64,000 nucleotides of DNA from Nitrospinota bacterium (lineage in GTDB: Bacteria; UBA8248): positions 1 through 64,000 of the forward strand of contig JASLZZ010000079.1 of the NCBI GenBank assembly GCA_030754595.1, read 5' to 3'. A program made the position numbers and the translations under genes. How positions within the stretch are numbered: position 1 is the stretch's first letter; the number at the start of each line of letters is the position of its first letter. The notes under the pieces were generated by a model. The model was not told the DNA's origin and made no database searches. It worked only from the letters and a program-made list of their open reading frames with translations. Positions 9,146 through 19,629 of this stretch are shown in pieces.

Positions 9146-10294
9146 TCAGTCGGCTTGTTTCCTCAAAAAAGTGGGTACGTCCAGCTCGTCATCACCCAAT
9201 TGATAACTTAGAGCCGTGTCTTTTTTATTCCCTTTTGCCCGTACATAGGCAGGCACGGAAAGCTTTCGGCCATCGGTTCCGGTGGATTCATTTTCAATGG
9301 GCGGAACTTCACGGATCATTTTTTCGACCCCAAATCCGGTCGCAATCACCGTTACCCGGATTTTATCGGACATCGAGGAATCAATTACCGAACCGAAAAT
9401 AATGTTGGCATCTTCATGGGCCATCTCGTGTATCAGCGAGCATGCCTCATCAACTTCGAACAGAGACAGATCATCTCCACCTGAAATATTAATCAGCACC
9501 CCGCGCGCGCCCTGGATGGAACCCTCCTCGAGAAGTGGACTGCACATGGCATTTTGGGCAGCGATAACCGCGCGGTTTTCTCCCGAACCCGTCCCGCTAC
9601 CCATCAGGGCCATACCACCCATATCCCGCATAATGGTTCGCACATCAGCAAAGTCCAAATTGATCAACCCGGGGGTCGTGATCAAATCCGCGATTCCGCG
9701 GCAAGCCTGCAAGAGAACATCGTTCGCCTTCTTGAAGGCTTCTTTAATCGGAGTCGTCCGCTCCACCATTCCAAGGAGACGTTGGTTTGGAATGGTAATT
9801 AACGTATTCACGGATTCTTTTAGTTCCGCTATTCCCTCCTCGGCTTGTGCCATGCGTCTCGGCCCCTCGAACTCAAAGGGCCTTGTCACAACCCCGACGG
9901 TAAGAATTCCGGTCTCTTTCGCGATTCGGGCCAAAACGGGTGCAGCCCCCGTTCCGGTTCCCCCACCCATACCGGCCGTAACAAATAGCATGTCCAGCCC
10001 ATCGATAAACTGGGAAAGTTTTTCGGTATCCTCAAGCGCCGCCTTTCGTCCGATGTCGGGATTTCCACCTGCACCAAGACCGCCGGTTAATTCATGACCG
10101 AGTTGGATTTTTCCCGATGCGAGAGACTTTTCCATCACCTGCGCGTCTGTATTTGCCACGACAAAATTCACGTCGTCCATACCGGATGCAATCATTGTGT
10201 TAACGGCGTTTCCTCCTCCTCCTCCTACGCCGATAACACATAGTTTTGCGCGGCATTCCTTGGCCTGCTCTAGTTCAAACATCAGATCGCTCAT
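9146..10294 (-). CDS. ftsZ: Cell division protein FtsZ
   Basis: GVGGGGGNAV, GMGGGTGTG, NLDFADV, C-terminal LDVPTFLRKQAD. Confidence 0.99.
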   Translation of the reverse strand: MSDLMFELEQAKECRAKLCVIGVGGGGGNAVNTMIASGMDDVNFVVANTDAQVMEKSLASGKIQLGHELTGGLGAGGNPDIGRKAALEDTEKLSQFIDGLDMLFVTAGMGGGTGTGAAPVLARIAKETGILTVGVVTRPFEFEGPRRMAQAEEGIAELKESVNTLITIPNQRLLGMVERTTPIKEAFKKANDVLLQACRGIADLITTPGLINLDFADVRTIMRDMGGMALMGSGTGSGENRAVIAAQNAMCSPLLEEGSIQGARGVLINISGGDDLSLFEVDEACSLIHEMAHEDANIIFGSVIDSSMSDKIRVTVIATGFGVEKMIREVPPIENESTGTDGRKLSVPAYVRAKGNKKDTALSYQLGDDELDVPTFLRKQAD

Positions 10295-10342
10295 CGTTTT
10301 CTCCTATTCGTTTCATCACCCTATTTTCAATCCAATCCCGAA

Positions 10343-11587
10343 CTACTTGAATATGCTCGAAATGATCGTGCGAAATTTATCCTTTGCCCCGCGGAAAGGC
10401 TCATTCTTCGCGCCCGGAACGAACCAGCCGCTTTTATTTCTTCCGGGCATTTGCATCCCATACATAACCAGCCCAACACCCGTTGAATACATGGGACCAT
10501 TGACCATATCGACAAGTCCTCCGATCCCTCCCGGGGAACCGAGCCTAACCGGTAGCTGCAGCATCTTTTCCGCCAATTCCTCTGTTCCTTGCATGATGCT
10601 CGCCCCACCTGTAAGGACGACCCCCGCGGGGAGAAGGTCCTCGTGGCCGCTTTTTTGAATTTCCCGTCGAATCAGCGTGAGAATTTCTTCCATGCGTGGT
10701 TCGATAATCTCGGCAAGCATTTGGCGGCTGAGCACCCGCGGCGGCCTCCCCCCCACACTGGGAACTTCGATTTCCTCTTCGTAGTCCAAAATTGACGAAA
10801 GGGCACAACCGAATTCTTGTTTAATACGCTCCGCCTGATGATCCGGGGTTCGAAGACCAATCGCGATATCCCGCGTCACATGATTTCCGCCGATGGGGAC
10901 GACCGCTGAATATTTTATTGCGCCGCTGCTGATCACGGCGACATCGGATGTCCCACTTCCGATATCCACTACCGCGACACCCAGATCGCGCTCATCCTCG
11001 GTAAGCGCCGCTACCGATGATGCCAACGGCTGCAAGACGAGTTTTTCCACCGTAAGGCCGGCCCGTTCAACGCTCCGGGTGATGTTTTGAATTGCAGGAA
11101 TGGCCCCGGTCACTACATGGACTTTGCACTCGAGCCGCACACCCGCCATTCCGATGGGCTCGGTGATTTCCTCCTGATCGTCAACGATATACTCTTGCGG
11201 AAGAACATGAAGGATTTCATGATCCGCGGCCAAGGTTACAGCCCGCCCTTGTTCGACAACGCGGTCGACATCGGCTTCCGTCACCACTTTGTTCCTGATG
11301 GCAACGATTCCATTGCTGTTGAAGCTGCGAATATGCCCTCCCGCCACTCCAACATAAGCGGTGCGAATGGGAACGCCGCTTATGAACTCAGCCTCCTCAA
11401 CAGCCGAACGAATTGACTCCACCGTTTGATCGATATTGACCACGGCTCCGCGGTTAAGGCCTTTCGAAGGATGCTTCCCCAACCCGACAATTTCAAGAGA
11501 ACCGCCCTCCGCAACCTCTGCCACGATGACGCAGATCTTCGACGTGCCAATGTCGAGGCCCACCAGCACATCAGATCGTTTCATCAT
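10343..11587 (-). CDS. ftsA: Cell division protein FtsA
   Basis: GLDIGTSKI, PIGMAGVRLE, VVDIGSGTSD, GVVLTGG. Confidence 0.98.
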   Translation of the reverse strand: MMKRSDVLVGLDIGTSKICVIVAEVAEGGSLEIVGLGKHPSKGLNRGAVVNIDQTVESIRSAVEEAEFISGVPIRTAYVGVAGGHIRSFNSNGIVAIRNKVVTEADVDRVVEQGRAVTLAADHEILHVLPQEYIVDDQEEITEPIGMAGVRLECKVHVVTGAIPAIQNITRSVERAGLTVEKLVLQPLASSVAALTEDERDLGVAVVDIGSGTSDVAVISSGAIKYSAVVPIGGNHVTRDIAIGLRTPDHQAERIKQEFGCALSSILDYEEEIEVPSVGGRPPRVLSRQMLAEIIEPRMEEILTLIRREIQKSGHEDLLPAGVVLTGGASIMQGTEELAEKMLQLPVRLGSPGGIGGLVDMVNGPMYSTGVGLVMYGMQMPGRNKSGWFVPGAKNEPFRGAKDKFRTIISSIFK

Positions 11588-12495
11588 CCTTCCAACCCTC
11601 CATTTTTATTTGCCGACCGAACAATAATCCGGCCTGGAAAAGTGAGGTCCAAAAGCATGGGCGCACCAGAGGGAATTTTCCCTTTGAAAATTCGCATGGC
11701 CACTGCATGAAACCGAGCGGCTTGGGCCTCTAGTTTTTCTCCACCCACCAGCAATTCAGCTTTTCCCTCCATTATCCTAATTCTAAGGCGGCCGTTTTTA
11801 GCCGGGCTGATATTCAAGCACTTCTCCCGATTAAAAGAAGCGCCTGAATAAAGTGAGGCCGCAATCACTGCGGTACTAAAACTCGAATTTTCGATGCGGT
11901 CCCCCGGCCGGGCTCTTTTTTCGGAGAATCCTTCCAAGACGGGCAGACAACCAGCGGTTTTGGGGGGAAGCGAACCGAGAATTACTCCTTCCAGGTCAAC
12001 CGCAACACCGGTTTCGTTATTAACAAGAGCAATCGGTTTGCGTTCTTCAATTTCTATTCGAAGCGTATTGGGAGGAGACTTCCGTACACTCGATCGCCGA
12101 ACCCAGGGATTTGAATCTATCCGGCGGCGAATCTTTTCCAAGTCGAACTCGAAGATATTTTTCCCGGACTTCAGTCCGGCAAGCTGGACAATGGCTTTGG
12201 GTGCCAATATTTGATGCCCCACAACCTTCACCTCGCCGAGCACGAATCGGGGGCTTGTCATCATCCAACGGACGGCATGCGCGCCCAGTAAAAGAACCTC
12301 GCCAAAAACCAGAACTCCGATAGCAGGCCAAAGCCAATTACGCATAGCGATAGACAGGGGTCTTTTCCGGGAATAATGTTTTTTCCGGCCACGAGAATAT
12401 TTTTCAGCTTTAGCGGTCAATCTACCCATACCCGCTTTCCCTCTATCCCCAACTTTCCTGTTGGATGAGACCGACCCGGATACAGAGGGAATCAT
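11584..12495 (-). CDS. ftsQ: Cell division protein FtsQ/DivIB
   Basis: Basic N-terminus, one TM helix, POTRA-like NPWVRRSSVRKSPPNTLRIEIEERKP; upstream of ftsA. Confidence 0.85.
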   Translation of the reverse strand: MIPSVSGSVSSNRKVGDRGKAGMGRLTAKAEKYSRGRKKHYSRKRPLSIAMRNWLWPAIGVLVFGEVLLLGAHAVRWMMTSPRFVLGEVKVVGHQILAPKAIVQLAGLKSGKNIFEFDLEKIRRRIDSNPWVRRSSVRKSPPNTLRIEIEERKPIALVNNETGVAVDLEGVILGSLPPKTAGCLPVLEGFSEKRARPGDRIENSSFSTAVIAASLYSGASFNREKCLNISPAKNGRLRIRIMEGKAELLVGGEKLEAQAARFHAVAMRIFKGKIPSGAPMLLDLTFPGRIIVRSANKNGGLEG

Positions 12496-13445
12496 ATGGC
12501 CTCATCTCCAATTACCTTGAGTTCCAACTTGAGATCGGTGTGGATTTTCCTTTCAACTTCCGCCCGAATCTCATCAATCAAAGAAAGCACATCCGCCGCC
12601 TTCGCTCCTCCGCGATTCACGATAAAATTTCCATGGACTTTGCTCACCTCGGCGCCTCCGATTCGGCGTCCTTTGAGTCCGGCGGATTCGATGAGCCGTC
12701 CCGCAAAATCGCCAGCAGGATTCCGAAAAATCGAACCGGCGCAGGGCATTCCCCAGGGCTGGCGCTCCCGGCGCGCCTTGGCATCGATTTGCAGAAGGGT
12801 GCGTAGTTTTTCCGAATCCTCCCTGGCCACACTGAAACAAACGCCAGCAACAATTCCAGGCTCGGGGAAAAGAGCGTTTCGGTAACTAAACCGAATTTCT
12901 CCGGCCGAAAGTCTCTCCACCCCGCCTCGTGAAAACCGAATCCAGCGGATTCTTTCAACTGAATCCCCGATGAATTCTTTTCCGGTCCCCGCGTTCATGG
13001 CCAACGCACCGCCCACAGTGCCGGGGACCCCCGACAGGCACTCCAAACCTCCCCACCCACCGACAGCGGCAAAGCGGACGAGTGCGGGAATCTTCACCCC
13101 CGCTCCAGACTCGATTTGGGTAATATCCCCGGGTTCGTCCCGCAGTTTTATTTGGCGAAATCCCCTCGAGAGAGAAATCACGACCCCGCGCACTCCTCCG
13201 TCGCGTACCAGGGTATTCGCCCCTCCACCGAGCACAGTCGAGCCCAGCCCCTCCGAGCGGCACCTTTCGACTAGTTCCTCGAGCTCGCTCTCGTCCCTGG
13301 GCAGCGCGAGAACATCGGCCGGGCCTCCCACCTGAAAAGTGGTATAGGCCGATAACGGTTCACCGAACCGTAGCTCACACCCCAATCCGTCGAGTCTCTC
13401 CTTCAGATCGGATGTCACCGCTCCCTCCATAAGGATTGCGCTCAC
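12492..13445 (-). CDS. murB: UDP-N-acetylmuramate dehydrogenase
   Basis: TTFQVGGPA, GVPGTVGGALAMNAG, AGSIFRNP, HGNFIVN. Confidence 0.96.
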   Translation of the reverse strand: MSAILMEGAVTSDLKERLDGLGCELRFGEPLSAYTTFQVGGPADVLALPRDESELEELVERCRSEGLGSTVLGGGANTLVRDGGVRGVVISLSRGFRQIKLRDEPGDITQIESGAGVKIPALVRFAAVGGWGGLECLSGVPGTVGGALAMNAGTGKEFIGDSVERIRWIRFSRGGVERLSAGEIRFSYRNALFPEPGIVAGVCFSVAREDSEKLRTLLQIDAKARRERQPWGMPCAGSIFRNPAGDFAGRLIESAGLKGRRIGGAEVSKVHGNFIVNRGGAKAADVLSLIDEIRAEVERKIHTDLKLELKVIGDEAI

Positions 13446-14872
13446 CCAGCGTCCTCCGCCCGGTTTACGCTTCCTTCAAGCAAATCAAATAATTCGTGCC
13501 CTACTTTCCAAATATCTCCAGCCCCTAAAGTGAGGACCAGGTCTCCCGGCTTAATCACCGAGCGGAGGCGACGAACACCATCCACAAAGTCGCTCACTTC
13601 CTCGCAAAACTTATGTCCGTGAGCACGAACCCCTTCGGCGATATTCCTCGAATCGACGCCCTCGATTGCCTCTTCTCCCGCGGCGTAAATCGGCGCCAGA
13701 AAAAGAGCGTCCGAGTCGTAGAACGCGGTATGAAAGAGTTCCCCGAGCTGCTCGGTGCGCGAGTAGCGGTGAGGTTGAAAAATGACGACGATTCGCCTAT
13801 TGGGCCACGCCTCCCGAGTGGCGCGGAGCGTCACCCGAACCTCCTGAGGGTGGTGCCCGTAATCGTCCATGAAGATCACCCCGCCGGCCTCTCCCACATG
13901 CTCGAAACGACGGCCAATGCCCGCGAACTCATGGAGACCCTGTTGAATCGCATCGAACGAAACGTCGAGTTCGCTCGCCACCGCAACGGCGGCCAGCGCA
14001 TTTTCCGCGTTGTGGCGGCCGGGAATAGCGAGCTGTATTTCTCCTATTTCCCGTCCGTGGTGCCGCACGGTGAAAACCGCCCCCCCATTTTCATAGCGGT
14101 AATTTTCCCCGACATAGTCGGCCTGACCTCCAAACCCGTAGGTGTAGAACCTCTTTCCCACCCGGGGAATAATTTCCTGGATGGTCGGATGATCCAGACA
14201 GAGAACAGAAAACCCGTAAAACGGGACTTTATTGATAAACTCGAGGAACGCGCCCTTGAGCGATTCGAAGTCGCCGTAGAAATCCAGGTGCTCAAGGTCA
14301 ATGTTCGTTACCACCGCTATCGAGGGAAGCAAATTCAGAAACGTCCCGTCGCTCTCGTCCGCCTCGGCAACAAGATATTCTCCCGTACCGAGCCTCGCGT
14401 TGGCTCCGAAAGCGTTGATCCGTCCCCCGACCACCACCGTCGGGTCGAGATTTGCCGCCGCGAGGACGGACGCCACCAACGAGGTCGTTGTCGTTTTTCC
14501 GTGTGTCCCGGCGACCGCAACGCTGTATTTCATCCGCATCAACTCAGTCAACATTTCCGCCCTGCGAATTACGGGAATCTTTCTATTGAGCGCCTCGGTC
14601 ACTTCCGGGTTATCGCCCGTCACCGCCGAGCTATAGACAACGACATCGACCCCTTCGACATTTGTCGGGTAATGCCCCACCATCACCCGAGCGCCAAGAC
14701 CCTTAAGCCGGAAAATCACCTCGCTTTGCGCCAGGTCCGAACCGCTCACCTCGTAGCCGAGATTAATGAGCACTTCGGCGATTCCGCACATCCCGGTCCC
14801 ACCGATTCCGACAAAGTGAATTCGCCTCGAATGCCGGAGCATCGGATGCGACTGAGAACCCAGCTTGATCAT
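13442..14872 (-). CDS. murC: UDP-N-acetylmuramate--L-alanine ligase
   Basis: HFVGIGGTGM, GTHGKTTT, EADESD, DDYGHHP, FQPHRYSRT; start set to ATG 14872. Confidence 0.97.
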   Translation of the reverse strand: MIKLGSQSHPMLRHSRRIHFVGIGGTGMCGIAEVLINLGYEVSGSDLAQSEVIFRLKGLGARVMVGHYPTNVEGVDVVVYSSAVTGDNPEVTEALNRKIPVIRRAEMLTELMRMKYSVAVAGTHGKTTTTSLVASVLAAANLDPTVVVGGRINAFGANARLGTGEYLVAEADESDGTFLNLLPSIAVVTNIDLEHLDFYGDFESLKGAFLEFINKVPFYGFSVLCLDHPTIQEIIPRVGKRFYTYGFGGQADYVGENYRYENGGAVFTVRHHGREIGEIQLAIPGRHNAENALAAVAVASELDVSFDAIQQGLHEFAGIGRRFEHVGEAGGVIFMDDYGHHPQEVRVTLRATREAWPNRRIVVIFQPHRYSRTEQLGELFHTAFYDSDALFLAPIYAAGEEAIEGVDSRNIAEGVRAHGHKFCEEVSDFVDGVRRLRSVIKPGDLVLTLGAGDIWKVGHELFDLLEGSVNRAEDAG

Positions 14873-14886
14873 TTTTTCAACTCTCC

Positions 14887-15981
14887 TTAAGCCGCCCGGG
14901 CCGTTTCCCGGCACAGGGTGGCGACATCATTCGCTGCATTCCTGTGAGCGGGCATCCAGGCCTTTTTCGACATTTCAATCAGACAGCCCCGATCGGCGTT
15001 CATCTCCCGGAGAAACTCCGCCAACGACTTTCCGGTCAAATCCCGCTGAAGAACCATCCGGGCCGCGCCCTTGTCGACTAGCTGACGCGCGTTCGCCTCT
15101 TGATGTCCATGCGTGGCGATTGGAAGCGGAACCAGGAAGGATGGCAAACCCATCGCCGTTACCTCTCCCACCGTCATCGCCCCGGATCGGGCCACCACCA
15201 GATGCGCCCACCGGTACCGCTCGGCCATGTCGTAAAGGAACGGAACCACCTCACCTTTAACGCTTGCTCCTTGATACGCCTCACGAATTCGCTCGAGATC
15301 GCCCTCTCCCGTTTGATGGACAAATTCGATGTCGCCCGCTATCTCCTCAAGATGACCCAACGCCTCGGCCACGGCGGTGTTTATCGCCTTGGCACCCTGG
15401 GAGCCTCCGAACACGAGAACCCTGAGCGGTCCCTCCCAAAAAGAGTCTTGCCGGGGGGCCGCCATTGTAATTTCCTCCCGAAGTGGCATCCCCGTTTCGA
15501 CGACCTTCTCTTGCGAGAAATATTTCGTCGCGACCGGGAGACAGGTGGCCACCTTTTCGGCGAACCCCGAGAGGAAACGATTAGCTGCTCCAGGCATCAC
15601 ATTCTGCTCGAGGAGAACGATAGGCCGTCTCCTCAACCAGGAGGCCATCACGGTGGGCGCACTGGCGTAACCGCCCACGCCCAGAACGATGTTCGGCCTG
15701 AAGCGGCCGATGATGCCCATCGACTGAATAACCCCCCGGGTCATCATGAATACGGCCTTCACTTTCTGATAAAAAGAGCGTCCCACGAGTCCCTCCGCCG
15801 GTATCGTTTCAAGCGGCAACTTCTCCACGGGCAGTACGCGGGCTTCAATCCCCCTGCTCGTACCCACGAACAGAACACGGTATTCGGGACTCTGCGCCAG
15901 CCAGGCCCGGGCAACGGCGATTCCCGGATAAAGATGACCGCCCGTTCCGCCGCCCGCGATCAACAATCGCATCTCGCTCAT
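14887..15981 (-). CDS. murG: Lipid II N-acetylglucosaminyltransferase
   Basis: GGGTGGH, GGSQGA, HQTG, RSGA, HQEANA. Confidence 0.97.
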   Translation of the reverse strand: MSEMRLLIAGGGTGGHLYPGIAVARAWLAQSPEYRVLFVGTSRGIEARVLPVEKLPLETIPAEGLVGRSFYQKVKAVFMMTRGVIQSMGIIGRFRPNIVLGVGGYASAPTVMASWLRRRPIVLLEQNVMPGAANRFLSGFAEKVATCLPVATKYFSQEKVVETGMPLREEITMAAPRQDSFWEGPLRVLVFGGSQGAKAINTAVAEALGHLEEIAGDIEFVHQTGEGDLERIREAYQGASVKGEVVPFLYDMAERYRWAHLVVARSGAMTVGEVTAMGLPSFLVPLPIATHGHQEANARQLVDKGAARMVLQRDLTGKSLAEFLREMNADRGCLIEMSKKAWMPAHRNAANDVATLCRETARAA

Positions 15982-17153
15982 CCCCCTTTGCCGGAGGGCC
16001 AACCGAATAGGAGCTCCGGCCCTTTTGCAGCGTCCTTGCGAGGCTCCTGCTTCGGCTCAGACACCGTTTCCCTGGCCGCCACGGACAGCAGAAGGCCGAG
16101 AGAAGCAAGCGTCATAACGAGCGAGCTTCCGCCCAGACTGACCAAAGGAAGGGGAACCCCCGTCGTGGGAACCAGCCCCACCGCAACAGCCATGTTGAGT
16201 AGACCCTGAATGACGATAACCAGCGTCACCCCAGCGGAAAGGAGCCCCGAGAATGAGTCCGGGCATCGCGCCGCCACACCAAGCCCCCGGTAGAGAATGA
16301 CCGCGAATACGGCGGCAACGGCTAATCCGCCGATAAGCCCGAGTTCCTCCCCCACGACCGCGTAAATGAAATCCGTGTGAGGCTCGGGCAGATAAAATAG
16401 TTTTTGCTTTCCTTCGCCAAGCCCCGTTCCCGAAATTCCCCCCCGGGCCATGGCCAGGAGAGATTGAACGAGTTGATAGCCGGCGTTTTGAGCGGATGAA
16501 AAGGGATCCAGGAATGCTAGGATCCGTTGTTTTCGCCAGGGAACGGTAAAAATCATCCCGTAGAGAACCGGCGAAACCAATACGGCGCAGCTCCCAAGGT
16601 GCCACCACCTCGCGCCCGCCATGAAGAGCAACATTCCGACGACGGTGGCGATCAAAATCGCCGTCCCCAGATCGGGCTGAGCAAGGACCAACACGAGCAC
16701 CAGACCCGTGAACACCACCGGCGGAAGAAAACCGAATTTTAAATTTCCGATGCGCTCCCCCTTGACGGCAAGAAAATGCGCCAGAAAAAAAACAAGTCCG
16801 AACTTAGCGAATTCAGTCGGCTGAAAAGTTACCGGCCCCATCGCTATCCACCGCCGGGCCCCCCCCGCTTCTTTTCCGAGACCGGGAACAAATACTATCA
16901 GCAGCCCTACAACCGAGAGCACAAAGACGGGGAACGCCAGCCACCTGAGTCTTCGAACGTCCATCCTTGCAAAAAGGAGCATCAGACCCACCCCGATTCC
17001 CGCCCACATGACGTGGCGCTTCACGAAATGGTATTGATCCCCGTGACGATCCAGGCCAAGAATATTGGTCGTGCTGTAGATCATGACGATCCCGAAAGCC
17101 ATGAGGCCAACGGCACAGGAAAAAATGACAAGGTCGATTCCGCTCCGGTTCAT
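15978..17153 (-). CDS. ftsW: Peptidoglycan glycosyltransferase FtsW
   Basis: GARRWI, FQPTEFAK, QPDLGT, LPEPHTDFI. Confidence 0.96.
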   Translation of the reverse strand: MNRSGIDLVIFSCAVGLMAFGIVMIYSTTNILGLDRHGDQYHFVKRHVMWAGIGVGLMLLFARMDVRRLRWLAFPVFVLSVVGLLIVFVPGLGKEAGGARRWIAMGPVTFQPTEFAKFGLVFFLAHFLAVKGERIGNLKFGFLPPVVFTGLVLVLVLAQPDLGTAILIATVVGMLLFMAGARWWHLGSCAVLVSPVLYGMIFTVPWRKQRILAFLDPFSSAQNAGYQLVQSLLAMARGGISGTGLGEGKQKLFYLPEPHTDFIYAVVGEELGLIGGLAVAAVFAVILYRGLGVAARCPDSFSGLLSAGVTLVIVIQGLLNMAVAVGLVPTTGVPLPLVSLGGSSLVMTLASLGLLLSVAARETVSEPKQEPRKDAAKGPELLFGWPSGKGG

Positions 17154-18547
17154 GATTCCACCTCTCCTGAAACGGCCTTGGCGAACTCGCGAAATACATC
17201 GCCGCGATGTTCGAAATCCCTAAACTGATCGAAACTCGAGCACGCAGGAGAGAGCAGAACGGTTTCGCCCGTCCGGACTTCCACGGCGGCCCGACGCACC
17301 GCTTCGCCCAGCGTGCCGGAGCGTTCCACGGGGACCGCGCTTTCAAAAAAAGCGGCGAACCGATCGGCCGCCTCCCCTATCAGGAACATTTTCCGCACTC
17401 GCTCCCGCATGGGTCCCAGAAGGGGTGAGAGATCACCTCCTTTGTCCGTCCCACCCGCGATGAGCAAAACACCGCCCTCGACACTCATCAGGCTCATCGT
17501 CGTCGCACCGACGTTTGTTCCCTTCGAGTCGTTTATCCACGTCACACCGCCGGACCTCGAAACGATCTCCATCCGATGCGGCAACCCCTCGAACTTCCGG
17601 GCTAGGCGGACCATATCCTCGACACCCACTCCCAAAAACCGCGCGGCTGCGCAGGCCGCGAGGAAATTTTCAAGGTTGTGAACTCCCGGGACCGAAAGGT
17701 CATCGACCGCGCACACTCGCTCCGGCTCTCCGCCCATGAGGATGTAGATTTCTCCCTTTTCGGCCCAGGCGCCCTGCCGGTGGGCCGCTTTCCGGCTGAA
17801 TGAAAACGCTTGCTGGATCCCCCAGCCGAGATAACGGGCAGTGAGGGGATCGTCTCCGTTCACCACCTTGGCGTCTTCCGGGCCCTGGTTTGAAAATAGG
17901 CGGGCCTTCAGCGCCGCGTACTCGCCCAGATCGGAATGGCGATCGAGATGGTCGGGAGTGATGTTCGTCATGACCGCCACTCGGGGCCGCAGCGTAGGCG
18001 ACCATTCGAGTTGGAAACTGCTCACCTCGCACACAAATATATCGGCCTGGTCTCCTTCCTCTTCGACCATTTCGGTCATCGGCCTGCCGATGTTTCCTCC
18101 AGCGGGAGCCTTGATGCCCGCTTCATTCAGAATGCCGCTCAGCATGGCGGTCGTTGTCGTCTTCCCGTTCGTACCCGTGACAGCGGCGATGGGAGCCGAG
18201 GTCAACCGGGAGGCAAGTTCGATCTCCGTGATCACCTCGGCTCCTCCTTCGAGCGCGGCGGCGATAAATGGATCCGTCGCCGGAATACCCGGGCTCACGA
18301 CGAGGAGGTCGCACCCGCGAAACGTCTCCTCGCTGTGGCCACCCAATTCGAGAGCGACTCCCGGAGGAAGCTCCTCGGCCAAACCGATGGGCTCATTCAT
18401 ATCGGTCGCCACCACCTTCGCCCCCCTTCTTGCCAGGGCCGCCGCCGCCGCCCGCCCCGTCCGGGCCATTCCCATGACAACGGCGCGGCGGGATGGAATT
18501 TCCTCGGCCCATATTCGAGACCCCTGAGCAAGCACGGCGCTAGTCAT
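17150..18547 (-). CDS. murD: UDP-N-acetylmuramoyl-L-alanine--D-glutamate ligase
   Basis: TGTNGKTTT, EVSSFQL, DHLDRH, NDSKGTN, LSPACSSFDQF; start ATG 18547 overlaps the mraY stop. Confidence 0.96.
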   Translation of the reverse strand: MTSAVLAQGSRIWAEEIPSRRAVVMGMARTGRAAAAALARRGAKVVATDMNEPIGLAEELPPGVALELGGHSEETFRGCDLLVVSPGIPATDPFIAAALEGGAEVITEIELASRLTSAPIAAVTGTNGKTTTTAMLSGILNEAGIKAPAGGNIGRPMTEMVEEEGDQADIFVCEVSSFQLEWSPTLRPRVAVMTNITPDHLDRHSDLGEYAALKARLFSNQGPEDAKVVNGDDPLTARYLGWGIQQAFSFSRKAAHRQGAWAEKGEIYILMGGEPERVCAVDDLSVPGVHNLENFLAACAAARFLGVGVEDMVRLARKFEGLPHRMEIVSRSGGVTWINDSKGTNVGATTMSLMSVEGGVLLIAGGTDKGGDLSPLLGPMRERVRKMFLIGEAADRFAAFFESAVPVERSGTLGEAVRRAAVEVRTGETVLLSPACSSFDQFRDFEHRGDVFREFAKAVSGEVES

Positions 18548-19629
18548 CTTAATTTCAGCGTGCTCAAGCTCAGCAGCGCCAAAACTACCGCGACTATCCA
18601 GAAACGCACGATCACCTTCGGCTCGGACCACCCCTTCTCCTCGAAGTGGTGATGAAGCGGTGCCATGCGGAAAACTCGTTGGCCCGTGGTCTTGAAGGAG
18701 GTCACTTGGACAATGACCGAAAGCGCTTCGAGAACGAACAATCCGCCCACCAGAAAGAGCAGAATTTCCTGCTTGATGGATAGGGCGATGGCGGCCAGCG
18801 CCGCGCCCAGGGGCAAGGCGCCCACATCGCCCATGAAAATCTGCGCCGGGTAGGCGTTGAACCACAAAAACCCCAACCCCGCGCCGAACAGCGCACCACA
18901 CACGATGGCGAGCTCGCCCACTCCGCGAACCGGCAGTACGAGCAAATAACGGGAGATCACCGCATGCCCCGCGACATAGCTAAAAACGAGATAAGCCCCG
19001 GCCGCCACGATAAAGGGACCGATAGCCAGGCCGTCGAGCCCGTCGGTGAGGTTGACGGCATTGCTCGTGGCCACGATCACAAGAGCCGCATAGGGCACAT
19101 ACCAGAAGCCGATATCGGGCTGAAGGTTCTTGAAAAAGGGAAACATCACCACGGACGGAAACGAAGGCTCGACCCCACCGCTGTAAAGCGCATAACCCGC
19201 GATAAGACCGATGAGGCCTTGAATCACGAACTTGCGCAGGGGAGTGACCCCCTTTTTATCCTTGAGAATGACCTTGCGATAATCGTCCGCGAAACCGAGA
19301 CAACCGAATGCGGCCAGGACGAATAAAACCAACCAGACGAAACGGTTGCTGAGATCATTCCAAAGAAAAACACACAAGATAGAACTGAAGAGAATCAACA
19401 ACCCGCCCATCGTAGGGGTTCCGGCCTTGGAAAAATGGCTTTGAGGGCCGTCGTCCCGTATCTCCTCTCCGATCTGGCGCCGCTTGAGTATCCGGATCAG
19501 GACCGGTCCGAGCACAAGGCATAAAACCATGCCGAACATGACAGACACCGCCGCCCGAAAGGTGATGAATCTAAAGACGCTGAAGGCCGAAACCCATTCG
19601 CTTAGATAGACCGTGAATTCATAGAGCAT
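18544..19629 (-). CDS. mraY: Phospho-N-acetylmuramoyl-pentapeptide transferase
   Basis: KAGTPTMGG, NAVNLTDGLDGL, FMGDVG, MAPLHHHFE. Confidence 0.98.
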   Translation of the reverse strand: MLYEFTVYLSEWVSAFSVFRFITFRAAVSVMFGMVLCLVLGPVLIRILKRRQIGEEIRDDGPQSHFSKAGTPTMGGLLILFSSILCVFLWNDLSNRFVWLVLFVLAAFGCLGFADDYRKVILKDKKGVTPLRKFVIQGLIGLIAGYALYSGGVEPSFPSVVMFPFFKNLQPDIGFWYVPYAALVIVATSNAVNLTDGLDGLAIGPFIVAAGAYLVFSYVAGHAVISRYLLVLPVRGVGELAIVCGALFGAGLGFLWFNAYPAQIFMGDVGALPLGAALAAIALSIKQEILLFLVGGLFVLEALSVIVQVTSFKTTGQRVFRMAPLHHHFEEKGWSEPKVIVRFWIVAVVLALLSLSTLKLR

